Assembly (NCBI GenBank): GCA_028279805.1
Contig: JANQMZ010000007.1
Coordinates: 90,001 to 122,000 of the forward strand
Direction: 5' to 3'
Source of the DNA: an archaeon
Lineage (GTDB): Archaea; Iainarchaeota; Iainarchaeia; Iainarchaeales; JANQMZ01
DNA: 32,000 bases
In this document: piece after piece, positions 16,027 to 24,684 of the stretch
Layout of the letters: each line of letters begins with the position of its first letter
Position numbering within the stretch: position 1 is the stretch's first letter
Translations under genes and position numbers: made by a program
Notes under the pieces: generated by a model
What the model saw: only the letters and a program-made list of their open reading frames with translations
What the model was told of the DNA's origin: nothing
Database searches by the model: none

Positions 16027-16398
16027 TTAATTCAGATTACAGCCTGTTTTTTCAGCCAAAACCTGTAAAGATAATGCTCCTGTCTGCCTTGATCCGTCAT
16101 TAAAAGCCCATGTTGGATAAGCCTGAATTCCTGCATTCACACAAACAGGCAACTGGCTTTGCCCGTCAGGCGTTGAACATTCAACATAATTAACATGCTG
16201 AAATGAAACTCCGAACATTTCTTTTTGGTCTTTACAATGAGGACACCAGAAAGCACCGTAAAATGTTGCACCATTTTCTGTTAAGCATTGTGCAAATTCA
16301 TCATATTTGCCTTCTGCCTGAGGAGCCATTAAAACAAAGCCAACAGCAACAGCAGCTAAAATTACAAGTCCTGCAATCAAATGATTTTTTTTAACCAT
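16027..16398 (-). CDS. Membrane-anchored thioredoxin-fold protein, similar to the C-terminal domain of VKOR fusions; start refined to ATG 16398
   Basis: Hydrophobic N-terminal anchor LIAGLVILAAVAVGFVLM, then YGAFWCPHCKDQKEMFG with CPHC active site and INAGIQAYPTW-like segment (VCVNAGIQAYPTWAF). Confidence 0.8.
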   Translation of the reverse strand: MVKKNHLIAGLVILAAVAVGFVLMAPQAEGKYDEFAQCLTENGATFYGAFWCPHCKDQKEMFGVSFQHVNYVECSTPDGQSQLPVCVNAGIQAYPTWAFNDGSRQTGALSLQVLAEKTGCNLN

Positions 16399-16479
16399 GC
16401 TTTTATTATGCATGGGAAATGTTTATAAATTTCAAATCAATGAGTTTAAACAGAATTATAACTTTCAGGAGGGGAATGA

Positions 16480-16674
16480 ATGGAAAAAAGTGCTTTGGAC
16501 TGGATTGCATTAATTCTGGTTTTCATTGGTTCAATTAACTGGGCTTTGGTTGGCTTGGCTGACTTAAATCTGGTTACAATGATTTTTGGAACAATTCCAA
16601 TGCTTGTAACACTGGTTTACGTTTTAGTTGGACTGTCAGGAATTTATGTTCTGTGGATGGCTACAAAAGGCTAA
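16480..16674 (+). CDS. DUF378 small membrane protein
   Basis: ALDWIALILVFIGSINWALVGLADLNLVTMIFG..., two transmembrane helices, typical DUF378. SD AGGAGGGG directly upstream. Confidence 0.85.
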   Translation: MEKSALDWIALILVFIGSINWALVGLADLNLVTMIFGTIPMLVTLVYVLVGLSGIYVLWMATKG

Positions 16675-16734
16675 TCCACTTTTCTTTTTTTTTAAAACAA
16701 AATTTAATAAACACTTTTGTAAATAATTTTGTTT

Positions 16735-17355
16735 ATGAAACAAGAACAAATTAATTTTTTAATAATTGCAATAATTGCAGGCGCATTAGCAGGAGCATTA
16801 ACCTCCTCCTTTTTTCTCACAGACTCAGATTCAAAAAGCAAATCAAACGATGATTTGATTTGGGATTTTTATTCAACTGAAACAGCAACATTAATCAGCC
16901 CGCATGGTTTAAGAAAAGCAATGGACAAAGGTCAGGACAATTTTATTTTGGTTGATTTGAGGAGCCAGGAAGAATATGAGAATTCCCATATTGTTGGCTC
17001 AATAAACATTCCCGCCTACAAAGATCCTGACACATCCGCTTACGGTGACAAAGAAAGAATTATTTCATCATTTGCGGAATTGCCTGAAGACAAGGAAGTA
17101 ATTGTTTATTGTTACAGCATTCCATGCATGACCGGCAGAAAAATAGGCAAAATGCTGGCAGATAATGATATTTTTGTTAAAGAACTTGGAATTGGCTGGA
17201 ATGAATGGCGTTATGACTGGAATGGCTGGAATCATGAACATGAATGGGCTAAAACAAATGTTTTGGATTACATTGTTTCAGGACCAGAACCAGGCGAATT
17301 AAAAACAAAATCTGATTCAAGCGCATGCCCGATTGACAATGAATTTGGCTGTTAG
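16735..17355 (+). CDS. Membrane-anchored rhodanese-domain protein; start refined to ATG 16735
   Basis: N-terminal TM (FLIIAIIAGALAGALTSSFFL); NFILVDLRSQEEYENSHIVGSINIP, VIVYCYSIPCMTGRKIG. Confidence 0.85.
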   Translation: MKQEQINFLIIAIIAGALAGALTSSFFLTDSDSKSKSNDDLIWDFYSTETATLISPHGLRKAMDKGQDNFILVDLRSQEEYENSHIVGSINIPAYKDPDTSAYGDKERIISSFAELPEDKEVIVYCYSIPCMTGRKIGKMLADNDIFVKELGIGWNEWRYDWNGWNHEHEWAKTNVLDYIVSGPEPGELKTKSDSSACPIDNEFGC

Positions 17356-17361
17356 GTTTTT

Positions 17362-18072
17362 ATGAATTTAAAAATAAAAAAAGCATTTGTTTTGGCCGGA
17401 GGATTTGGAACCCGTTTGGGAAAACTATCTGAAAAAAAGCCAAAGCTTTTGATGGAATTAAATCAAAAAACTGTTATTGAATGGAATATTTTAAATTTGC
17501 AAAAATTCGGAGTTAAAGAAATTGTTTTTGGATTGGGACATTTTTCTGATGTTGTTCAAAATTTTTTAGAATCAAATAATCCGGGTTTAAAATTTTTATA
17601 TGACGTTGAACCAGAGCCTTTGGGAACTGGCGGAGCATTAAAAAATGCTGAAAAATTTTTTAATGAAACTTTTATTTTTTGCAACGGGGATGAAGCAAAA
17701 AATATTGATTATTCTCTGGTTTCAAAAGTTCACAAAGAAAACAATGCGTTGGGTACACTGGCTTTGAAACATGTTGAAGATGTTGAAAATTTTGGAGCTG
17801 TTAAAATTGAAAATAATCAGATTTTGGAATTTTTTGAAAAACCTTCCCGTGAAAACGCCCCTTCAAACCTGGTTAATGCGGGTGCAAGCATTTTAGAGCC
17901 TGAAATTTTCAATTTAATGCAGCCAGACACCAAAATAAGCATTGAAAAAGATGTTTTTCCCCGAGTGGCAAAACAAGGCAGGCTTTTTGGAATTGAATTT
18001 CCAGGCCAATGGTTTCCGATTGATACTGAAGAAAAATTGTTAAAAGCTCAGAAAGAATGGCAGGGATTTTAA
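17362..18072 (+). CDS. Sugar-phosphate nucleotidyltransferase (NDP-sugar pyrophosphorylase type)
   Basis: KKAFVLAGGFGTRLGKLSEKKPKLLMELNQKTVIEWNI, GTGGALKNAEKFFNETFIFCNGDE. Confidence 0.88.
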   Translation: MNLKIKKAFVLAGGFGTRLGKLSEKKPKLLMELNQKTVIEWNILNLQKFGVKEIVFGLGHFSDVVQNFLESNNPGLKFLYDVEPEPLGTGGALKNAEKFFNETFIFCNGDEAKNIDYSLVSKVHKENNALGTLALKHVEDVENFGAVKIENNQILEFFEKPSRENAPSNLVNAGASILEPEIFNLMQPDTKISIEKDVFPRVAKQGRLFGIEFPGQWFPIDTEEKLLKAQKEWQGF

Positions 18073-18569
18073 CTTAAAACAACAAAGCCGATTGTTATTG
18101 CTGTTACCAGTATTCCCGCTATTGTTACCCCGATTGCGTTTGCAATTGCAAATTTTTTTTCACCCATTCCCAGTAAATGTGCAGCTAATGCTCCCGTATA
18201 AGAACCTGAACCGGGTAAAGGAATTGCCACAAAAAAAGCTATTCCTATTATACCATATTTTTCAACTAACGGAAAAACTTTTTTCTGGGCAGCTTTCACT
18301 TCCATGTCATAAAACTTTTTTAACCATTTGAATTGCAAAAAGAAATTTAAAAAATGTTCAAGCATAAAAAAAACAACAGGTCCCAAAATCATGTTTGTCA
18401 AAACAGCTGTAAAAAAAACAGCTTCAATCGGCAAACCCATTCCACTGAATGTTCCAAGGAAAGGCAAATCAATTGTGTTTGTTAAAATTCCGGCGGGAAT
18501 GCTTAACCTTAGTTCCAATCCCGGCAGCAATGTTAAAAAAATTATCCACAAAAAATCCGTCAATTGCAT
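18069..18569 (-). CDS. Small multidrug export family membrane protein (COG2426-like)
   Basis: LPGLELRLSIPAGIL..., KYGIIGIAFFVAIPLPGSGSYTGALAAHLLGMGEKKFAIANAIGVTIAGILV. Confidence 0.8.
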   Translation of the reverse strand: MQLTDFLWIIFLTLLPGLELRLSIPAGILTNTIDLPFLGTFSGMGLPIEAVFFTAVLTNMILGPVVFFMLEHFLNFFLQFKWLKKFYDMEVKAAQKKVFPLVEKYGIIGIAFFVAIPLPGSGSYTGALAAHLLGMGEKKFAIANAIGVTIAGILVTAITIGFVVLS

Positions 18570-18670
18570 TTTTTAACCCTTTATTCACAGATTAGTTTTA
18601 ATTGGCTTTAAAAAGATTTTCCTTTAAAATTGTAATAACTTTTTTGCTTTTTGCAATACTGAGGGGGAAA

Positions 18671-21490
18671 ATGGGGAAAGTTAGAGTTAGCAAAGCATTG
18701 CTGGTGTTTCTTGCTTTTTTTTTAATCATTTCCGGCGTTAATGCAACAATTACAACAAGTGTAACTGCACCGGAAGGGGAAGATCTGGGTTCAACTCATA
18801 CGTTTGAAATAAAGTTTAATGTTACTGACAGCCAGGGAACGCAGAATGTTTTTTCAAAAATTTCTTATTCTACAACAGCATCAGCTTTTGAAAATGACAT
18901 TACTTCCTCAGACCAAAATCTTGCTTCACCAACAGATGCAAATCTTTCCTGCACCAAAACTGGAAACAATTTTGACTGTTCTTACACATGGGGTTACCGT
19001 GCTTTAAGTGATGATGCTTATTTTATTGACATTAATTCTGCTTCAACTGACCTGAATTTTGATGCGGATTCATCCAGTCCAAGTTTTAATGTTGACCAAA
19101 CTGTGCCAACCGTTTCAATTTTATCACCCTCCGGTTCAGCTTTAACTGCAGACCCTCATGCCAATCTTAAATTTGATTTAAATGACACTACAACAAGCAT
19201 TGGCTCTGTTACTGTTAAAATTGATGCTGTTGAAAGCACTGATTTTTCTTTTCCAACAGACTGTACTCCGAGCACTTCAGGTGAAAAAAATTATACCTGC
19301 ACTTACACAGAATCACTTGTTAATACTTCAGGAACAGAATATACTTTGTTTGTTTCAGCAAAAGACGGTTCTTTAAATGAGGCAAGTGATTCCCAGACTT
19401 TTACTTACACTGATGAATTATCCCCGGCCAAGCCTGCAACTCCTTCATGCACTAAATCTGATGCAAAAAACACAGTCTCCTGGGCTAAAAGCTCTGAATC
19501 TGATTTAAAAGAGTATAATGTTGAAAGAAAAACAACAGGAGATTTTTCAAGTGTTAAAGTTGTCAGTGCAACAGGTTCGGAATGTTCCGGTTCTGATTGT
19601 TCCTGGGAAGATACCGGTGTGTCAAACGGAACAGCTTATACTTACAGAATAAAATCTGTTGATAAAAGCAGCAATTCAAGCACTGCAAGTGATGAATCAA
19701 ATTCTTGCACTCCCCAGTCTGATACTGACACAAGCCCTCCTTCAAAGCCGACCGATTTAACCATAACAGTTGAATCTGATGGTGATTTTAAAATTGAATG
19801 GGATGCTTCAACTGATGACGAGTCAGGCATCTCATCTTATCTTGTTTTTGAAGGAAAAGATTCAGGTTTTACTTTAGATGATGAAATTGCAGAAGTTTCG
19901 GGAACAAGTTTTACAAGAAAATCTTCAGATTTGGATGAAGGGGAAAAGTATTATTACGTTGTTAAGGCAAAAAACGGGGACGGATTATTGTCTGATGAAA
20001 GTGAGGAGGTTTCAGCGGATGCTGTTGAAGGAATAAAAATTTCAGTTGAAGCTCCAAAATATGCCACAACCAATTTGTTTAACATTAAAATAACAATTGT
20101 AAACGGTGAAATTGAAGATGGAAATGTTTTTGTCAGGAAAGCAGGTGAATCTTCTTATGAATTAATTGAATCGGATTTGTCTGGTTCAGATTTTCTGGTT
20201 CCCTTTTCTTTTTCAGCAGGCGAAGATGGTGCTTCAACAATCAGGTTTGAGGCAGTAACAGATGATGGTGAAACATTTCTGGAATCTGAAAGAGTTAATG
20301 TTGACACTGTAGTTCCGGAGTCTGAGTTTCTTGCTCCTTTAAATAATTCAGTGTTAAAAGGAAATGTTTCTTTAAAAGCAAAAGCAATTGATGACGGGCT
20401 TGGAATTGATTTTGTAAGATTTTCATACGGTGATTTAACAAAACAGTTTGATGTAACAGAATCCGATGATGATGAGTTTTCATATGACTGGGATACTACA
20501 ACTGTTGCTGACGGAGACTATGAATTAACTGCCACAGCTTTTGATTTAGCCGGAAACACTGTTAAAACCACTTTAAACGTGGTTGTTGAAAATGCTTCTC
20601 CTGAACAAAAAGCTGCAACCCGTGAAAAAAACAAAGTTGATTTAACTGAAGAAATGTTTAACGATTTGGGTATTCCTCTTCCTGAAGATTTTATTGAACT
20701 TAAAGAAAATGCAAATGATGAATTTTTTAATGAAAACTGGAACAAATCTGAAAACCTGTATAAAGATTTAACCAAAAAATTCAATGTTTCAGAACATGAT
20801 TCAGCAAAATTTGAATTTGATGAATCTGATTTGAAAAACATGCTTGAAAAAGTGTTATTGTCATCAGATTTGATTGATGAAACTGAAACTTTAACAAAAG
20901 GAAACAATGTTGAAAGAGAATTTGTTTTGTTTAAAGTTGAAGAAAACGGGCAAATTTTTTACAAACTTGCTGTCAGAATTACGATCAAAAATGAGGGTTT
21001 GTTCAGAAACTTAAAAATTGTTGAAATTGTTCCAAAAGAAATTATAAGAAAAACAAATGATTTGTTTTCACCGAACAATTTTGATGTGATTATGGATGAC
21101 CCTGTTGTTGAATTCACTGAAGCATTTGAAACAGGGGAAGAAAAAACAATAATGTATTCATTAACCTCAGATCTGGACAGTTTTTCAGCGGGAAATCTTC
21201 TGCAAACAGCTAAAACAGCTTATTTGTCCCCTCCTCTGATTTTTTCAGAGGATGCTTCTTTTGATGATGAAGATTTTGCCGTGCAGCAATTTTTTGACCA
21301 GGCACTATTTTTCTGGGGAGTTATTGCGGTAATAATTTTATTAATACTGGCAGCATTAGTGTTTTATTTTACAAGAAATTCAGGCGGAATGTTGAAAGGA
21401 AATCCTCTGGAAAGTTTTCTGGATAAAGTTCATGAACTAAGAAAAGGAAAAGGTTCAGGTAATGACAACAAATGGTCATACCGTGACTGA
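18671..21490 (+). CDS. Secreted, C-terminally membrane-anchored surface protein with fibronectin type III / Ig-like domains; start refined to ATG 18671
   Basis: Signal peptide MGKVRVSKALLVFLAFFLIISGVNA; FN3-like units (PSCTKSDAKNTVSWAKSSESDLKEYNVER...; PSKPTDLTITVESDGDFKIEWDASTDD...); one TM near the C-terminus (FFWGVIAVIILLILAALVFYF). G-rich SD before ATG 18671. Confidence 0.85.
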   Translation: MGKVRVSKALLVFLAFFLIISGVNATITTSVTAPEGEDLGSTHTFEIKFNVTDSQGTQNVFSKISYSTTASAFENDITSSDQNLASPTDANLSCTKTGNNFDCSYTWGYRALSDDAYFIDINSASTDLNFDADSSSPSFNVDQTVPTVSILSPSGSALTADPHANLKFDLNDTTTSIGSVTVKIDAVESTDFSFPTDCTPSTSGEKNYTCTYTESLVNTSGTEYTLFVSAKDGSLNEASDSQTFTYTDELSPAKPATPSCTKSDAKNTVSWAKSSESDLKEYNVERKTTGDFSSVKVVSATGSECSGSDCSWEDTGVSNGTAYTYRIKSVDKSSNSSTASDESNSCTPQSDTDTSPPSKPTDLTITVESDGDFKIEWDASTDDESGISSYLVFEGKDSGFTLDDEIAEVSGTSFTRKSSDLDEGEKYYYVVKAKNGDGLLSDESEEVSADAVEGIKISVEAPKYATTNLFNIKITIVNGEIEDGNVFVRKAGESSYELIESDLSGSDFLVPFSFSAGEDGASTIRFEAVTDDGETFLESERVNVDTVVPESEFLAPLNNSVLKGNVSLKAKAIDDGLGIDFVRFSYGDLTKQFDVTESDDDEFSYDWDTTTVADGDYELTATAFDLAGNTVKTTLNVVVENASPEQKAATREKNKVDLTEEMFNDLGIPLPEDFIELKENANDEFFNENWNKSENLYKDLTKKFNVSEHDSAKFEFDESDLKNMLEKVLLSSDLIDETETLTKGNNVEREFVLFKVEENGQIFYKLAVRITIKNEGLFRNLKIVEIVPKEIIRKTNDLFSPNNFDVIMDDPVVEFTEAFETGEEKTIMYSLTSDLDSFSAGNLLQTAKTAYLSPPLIFSEDASFDDEDFAVQQFFDQALFFWGVIAVIILLILAALVFYFTRNSGGMLKGNPLESFLDKVHELRKGKGSGNDNKWSYRD

Positions 21491-21495
21491 TTTTT

Positions 21496-21807
21496 TTATT
21501 CAAAAGGATTAATTTTAACAAAATTTTTTACTGTTTTTCTTTTTTTTAAATAAAAACCCAAACCAAACAAAATTATAATCAGGGTTGTTGCCAGAACGCT
21601 TGTTAAATTTATTGCAATTCCAATTACCTGATTTTCAATTAATAAAAGCAAAGGCAGAAATGTTATTGAAAGCAATACAGATAAAATAAATCTTTCCAGT
21701 TTGCTTTTATTGTTTTCAGTAAAAAAAGCCAGTGTTAAAAAATATCCGGGAACCGTTAAAAAAATCAGCCCCAAAGCATAACCTGGCAGAACATCAAAAA
21801 TTGTCAT
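21496..21807 (-). CDS. Small membrane protein, DUF1616-like N-terminal region
   Basis: Hydrophobic helices with LPGYALGLIFLTVPGYFLTLAFF...LERFILSVLLSITFLPLL, resembling DUF1616 proteins. Confidence 0.5.
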   Translation of the reverse strand: MTIFDVLPGYALGLIFLTVPGYFLTLAFFTENNKSKLERFILSVLLSITFLPLLLLIENQVIGIAINLTSVLATTLIIILFGLGFYLKKRKTVKNFVKINPFE

Positions 21808-21871
21808 TTAAACCGCTTTACAACATGAGTTTGCACTAATTTTTATTACTTTTCATTAATAAAAAAATAAC

Positions 21872-23014
21872 ATGAATAATACTCTTATTGTGGGAGGAGG
21901 CCCTATTGGCTTAAATCTTGCAGCCCGGATAGCGTCAGAGGGCTGGCAGGCAGATGTTCTGGAAGAACATCCGCAAATAGGAAAACCGGTTCATTGTTCA
22001 GGCTTAATTTCAGCATCAGGCTGTGAAGAATTAAACCTGAATGTTTCAGACATTTTGTTAAATGAAATAAAAGGTGCAAGAATTTATTCCCCTGAAAACA
22101 AAGTAATTGAGGTTAGAAGAAAAAAAACAGTTGCAAACCTTGTTGACAGGGCATTGTTTGACAAAATGTTTTATGAAAAAGCAAAAAAAGCAGGAGCCAA
22201 AATTCATTTACGTTCAAAACTGATTAATGTTAAAAATAATACCGTGTTTTTTCAGAAAAAAAAACGCGGAGAAATAAAAAAAGCACAATATGTTGTTGGT
22301 GCAGACGGAGTTCAGTCAAAAATCCGTGATCTGATGGGCATTAACATTGATAAAAACCTGTTTGTTCATGCTTATCAGGAACATGTTGAGGGTTATTTTG
22401 AAAAAGACATGGTTGAAGTGCATTTCGGAAAATTTGCTCCGGGCTATTTTGGCTGGATTATTCCAAAAAATGAGTCAACAGCTGAGGTCGGGCTTGCTGT
22501 TACTCTGGGTTCAATGAATCCTGCTGAGGCTTTTAAAAAATTTGTTGAAGAAAAAAAACTTGGCATTAAAACAGTTTCAAAGGATTCGGCATTAATTCCA
22601 TGCGGTCCTCCTTTGAAAACAATTATGGAAAATAACATGTTTTTGGTTGGAGATGCAGGTTTTCAGACAAAAGCCACAAGCGGCGGAGGCTTAATGCTGG
22701 GATTGCAGTCTTCAAATGTTTTAGCTGACACTATTTTGAATAACATTAAGTCAAAAACTTCTCTTGACAAATATGCTTTGAACATGAATAAAATTAACAA
22801 AGAATTAATGATGCATTGGAAAATTTATTCATATTATCAAAGCCTTTCCGAAAAAGCTTTAAACAAACTTTTTGTTCAGGCTCAAAATGCGGGAATAGAA
22901 CAATTTTTGGAAGAATTTGGGGACATGGACAAGCCTTCAAGATTTATAGGAAAAATTTTAAAAAAACCAAAAATGTGGAGCCTTGTTCCAATGGCTTTGA
23001 AAATTTTACGCTGA
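21872..23014 (+). CDS. Geranylgeranyl reductase family FAD-dependent oxidoreductase
   Basis: TLIVGGGPIGLNLAARIASEGWQADVLEEHPQIGKPVHCSGLIS, VGADGVQSKIRDLMG, MFLVGDAGFQTKATSGGGLMLGLQSS. Confidence 0.9.
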   Translation: MNNTLIVGGGPIGLNLAARIASEGWQADVLEEHPQIGKPVHCSGLISASGCEELNLNVSDILLNEIKGARIYSPENKVIEVRRKKTVANLVDRALFDKMFYEKAKKAGAKIHLRSKLINVKNNTVFFQKKKRGEIKKAQYVVGADGVQSKIRDLMGINIDKNLFVHAYQEHVEGYFEKDMVEVHFGKFAPGYFGWIIPKNESTAEVGLAVTLGSMNPAEAFKKFVEEKKLGIKTVSKDSALIPCGPPLKTIMENNMFLVGDAGFQTKATSGGGLMLGLQSSNVLADTILNNIKSKTSLDKYALNMNKINKELMMHWKIYSYYQSLSEKALNKLFVQAQNAGIEQFLEEFGDMDKPSRFIGKILKKPKMWSLVPMALKILR

Positions 23015-23028
23015 TTTTTTTTTTAAAT

Positions 23029-23100
23029 AGCTCCGGGGAGATTCGAACTCCCGTCACAAGGTTCAGAGCCTTGTATGCTTGGCCACTACACTACGGAGCT
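23029..23100 (-). tRNA. tRNA-Gln (anticodon CUG)
   Basis: Reverse complement AGCTCCG-TA-GTGT-AGTGGCCAA-GCAT-A-CAAGG-CTCTGAA-CCTTG-TGAC-GGGAG-TTCGAAT-CTCCC-CGGAGCT folds into a full cloverleaf. Loop CTCTGAA gives anticodon CTG. CCA not encoded. Confidence 0.95.
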
Positions 23101-23121
23101 AAAAAAACAGTTTTTTTTGGG

Positions 23122-23820
23122 TTATTTCCCGAATTTGCGTTTTATTTGATTGTAATCTGTTATTGCTTTGTCCAAATCTTTTCTTGTAAATTCAGGCCAA
23201 TATTTTGGCAAAAAATATAATTCTGAATAAGAAGACTGGTAAGTCATAAAACCTGACAACCGGTTTGTTCCCGATGTGCGCAAAATCAAATCCGGTGCTG
23301 TGGAACTGAAAAGATATTCTGTAAAAGTATTTTCATTTATTTTGTTCAAATCAATTTTTTTGTTTTCAAAATCAAGTGCAAGTTTTTTTGCAGCTTCAAC
23401 AATTTCATTCTGGCCATCATACCCAACAGCCAGATTAACTGTTTTGTTTTTATAATTTTCAGTCAGAGATTCAATTTCATTCATTTTTTTGACAATTTTT
23501 TCAGGCAACAATTCCAAATTTCCGAAAAATTTTAATTTAACTTCATTATTGTGAATAAAAGAATCAGTTTTTGCTTTTTCGAGTTCTTTTTCAAAAATTT
23601 TAAACAAAAATTTTAATTCAACCTGTTTTCTTTTAAGATTTTTTAAAGACAATGTGTAAAAAGTGCCTGTTTTTATTTTTTTATAGTCAATTAACCACTC
23701 CATTACTTCCCTTGCTTTTTGTGTTCCAAGATTGTAAGATTGTGCCAGTGTTATTCCGGCACGCTGTGAATATCTCCGATTTCCATCCGGAATAAAAGCA
23801 ATTGAATTAAGAGCCATCAA
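23122..23820 (-). CDS. uppS: Polyprenyl diphosphate synthase (cis-prenyltransferase, UppS family)
   Basis: IAFIPDGNRRYSQRAG, APDLILRTSGTNRLSGFMTYQSSYSELYFLPKYWPEF. Confidence 0.9.
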   Translation of the reverse strand: MMALNSIAFIPDGNRRYSQRAGITLAQSYNLGTQKAREVMEWLIDYKKIKTGTFYTLSLKNLKRKQVELKFLFKIFEKELEKAKTDSFIHNNEVKLKFFGNLELLPEKIVKKMNEIESLTENYKNKTVNLAVGYDGQNEIVEAAKKLALDFENKKIDLNKINENTFTEYLFSSTAPDLILRTSGTNRLSGFMTYQSSYSELYFLPKYWPEFTRKDLDKAITDYNQIKRKFGK

Positions 23821-23954
23821 TTATCACAAGCCTGTTTTATAATCAAAGCTGATTTAAAGCTGAAAATGATTAAAAAGCTTTTTCTCATGCTTTAAAACCA
23901 TAAATGCTTATATACTTCCCAAGGGTTAATATATTGATTTTTTCAGGGGTTCAG

Positions 23955-24161
23955 ATGAAAGAATATCAGAAAAAAAAAATTAAAGAGCTTGTTCAAAGTC
24001 TTGAAAAAGACATGAAGGAAATTAACAAAATGAAACAAGGCTTTTCATCTGAAAAATCTAATTTTTCATCGCCCCAGAAAACACAAAAAGTGCTTGAAGA
24101 AATAGTTGTCCCTCCGCTGGAAATTTTATCTGAAAAGCCTGTTAAAAAGAAAAAGAGCTGA
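23955..24161 (+). CDS. Small charged protein, hypothetical; start refined to ATG 23955
   Basis: MKEYQKKKIKELVQSLEKDMKEINKMKQG... with a TATA-like element (AAATGCTTATATAC) upstream and immediately followed by the DUF192 gene. Confidence 0.5.
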   Translation: MKEYQKKKIKELVQSLEKDMKEINKMKQGFSSEKSNFSSPQKTQKVLEEIVVPPLEILSEKPVKKKKS

Positions 24162-24165
24162 TTTT

Positions 24166-24510
24166 TTGCTTTACAATGTAACGCAAAAAAAGAAAATTAT
24201 TGGCAAAACCAAAATTGCAGAAACACTTTTTTCAAAAGCACTTGGCTTAATGTTTTATCCGAAAAGGCACGATTTTGCATTAATTTTTACTTTTTTTACA
24301 GAAAGCAGAATTTTGACAACAGTGCACATGCTTTTTGTTTTTTTTCCCCTAGACGTTTTGTTTTTAAATTCTGAAAAAAAAGTTGTGGATAAAAAAACGC
24401 TAAAGCCTTTTACCTTATCCTATTCTCCCAAAAAAGCTGCAAAATATTTTATTGAATTGCCTGAAAAAAAAGCTTCAGGTGTAAAAATAGGTGACAAATT
24501 AAAATGGTGA
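24166..24510 (+). CDS. DUF192 family protein; start refined to TTG 24166
   Basis: IAETLFSKALGLMFYPK...ALIFTF...TTVHMLFVFFPLDVLFLNSEKKVVD...ASGVKIGDKLKW, the DUF192 pattern. The ORF track start at 24106 lies inside the upstream gene. Confidence 0.75.
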   Translation: MLYNVTQKKKIIGKTKIAETLFSKALGLMFYPKRHDFALIFTFFTESRILTTVHMLFVFFPLDVLFLNSEKKVVDKKTLKPFTLSYSPKKAAKYFIELPEKKASGVKIGDKLKW

Positions 24511-24521
24511 TAAAAATTAGA

Positions 24522-24541
24522 GAGGCTTCACTTGAAGCCTC
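24522..24541. terminator. Hairpin between convergent genes, possible transcription terminator
   Basis: GAGGCTTCA-CT-TGAAGCCTC perfect 9-nt inverted arms (8 bp with a 4-nt loop), followed on + by CTTTGCCTTTTTG and on - by TCTAATTTTT. Confidence 0.55.
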
Positions 24542-24684
24542 CTTTGCCTTTTTGCCTTCTATGTAGAGAAAAATCGGGGATGATATTTACTCTGTATAAA
24601 CTTCCCTTTTTAACTATTTATAAATAAAGAGTTAGAAAAACAAATTTTTAAATGATAAATTATTAGTTTTTCTGACTTTGTTTT

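Noticed and set aside
20518-20907. 129-aa minus ORF inside the large surface protein
   Set aside because: Ser/Phe-rich antisense shadow of Glu/Lys-rich coding sequence.
22816-23220. 134-aa + ORF spanning the end of the geranylgeranyl reductase, the tRNA and the uppS tail
   Set aside because: It reads straight through tRNA-Gln and two better-supported genes in other frames.
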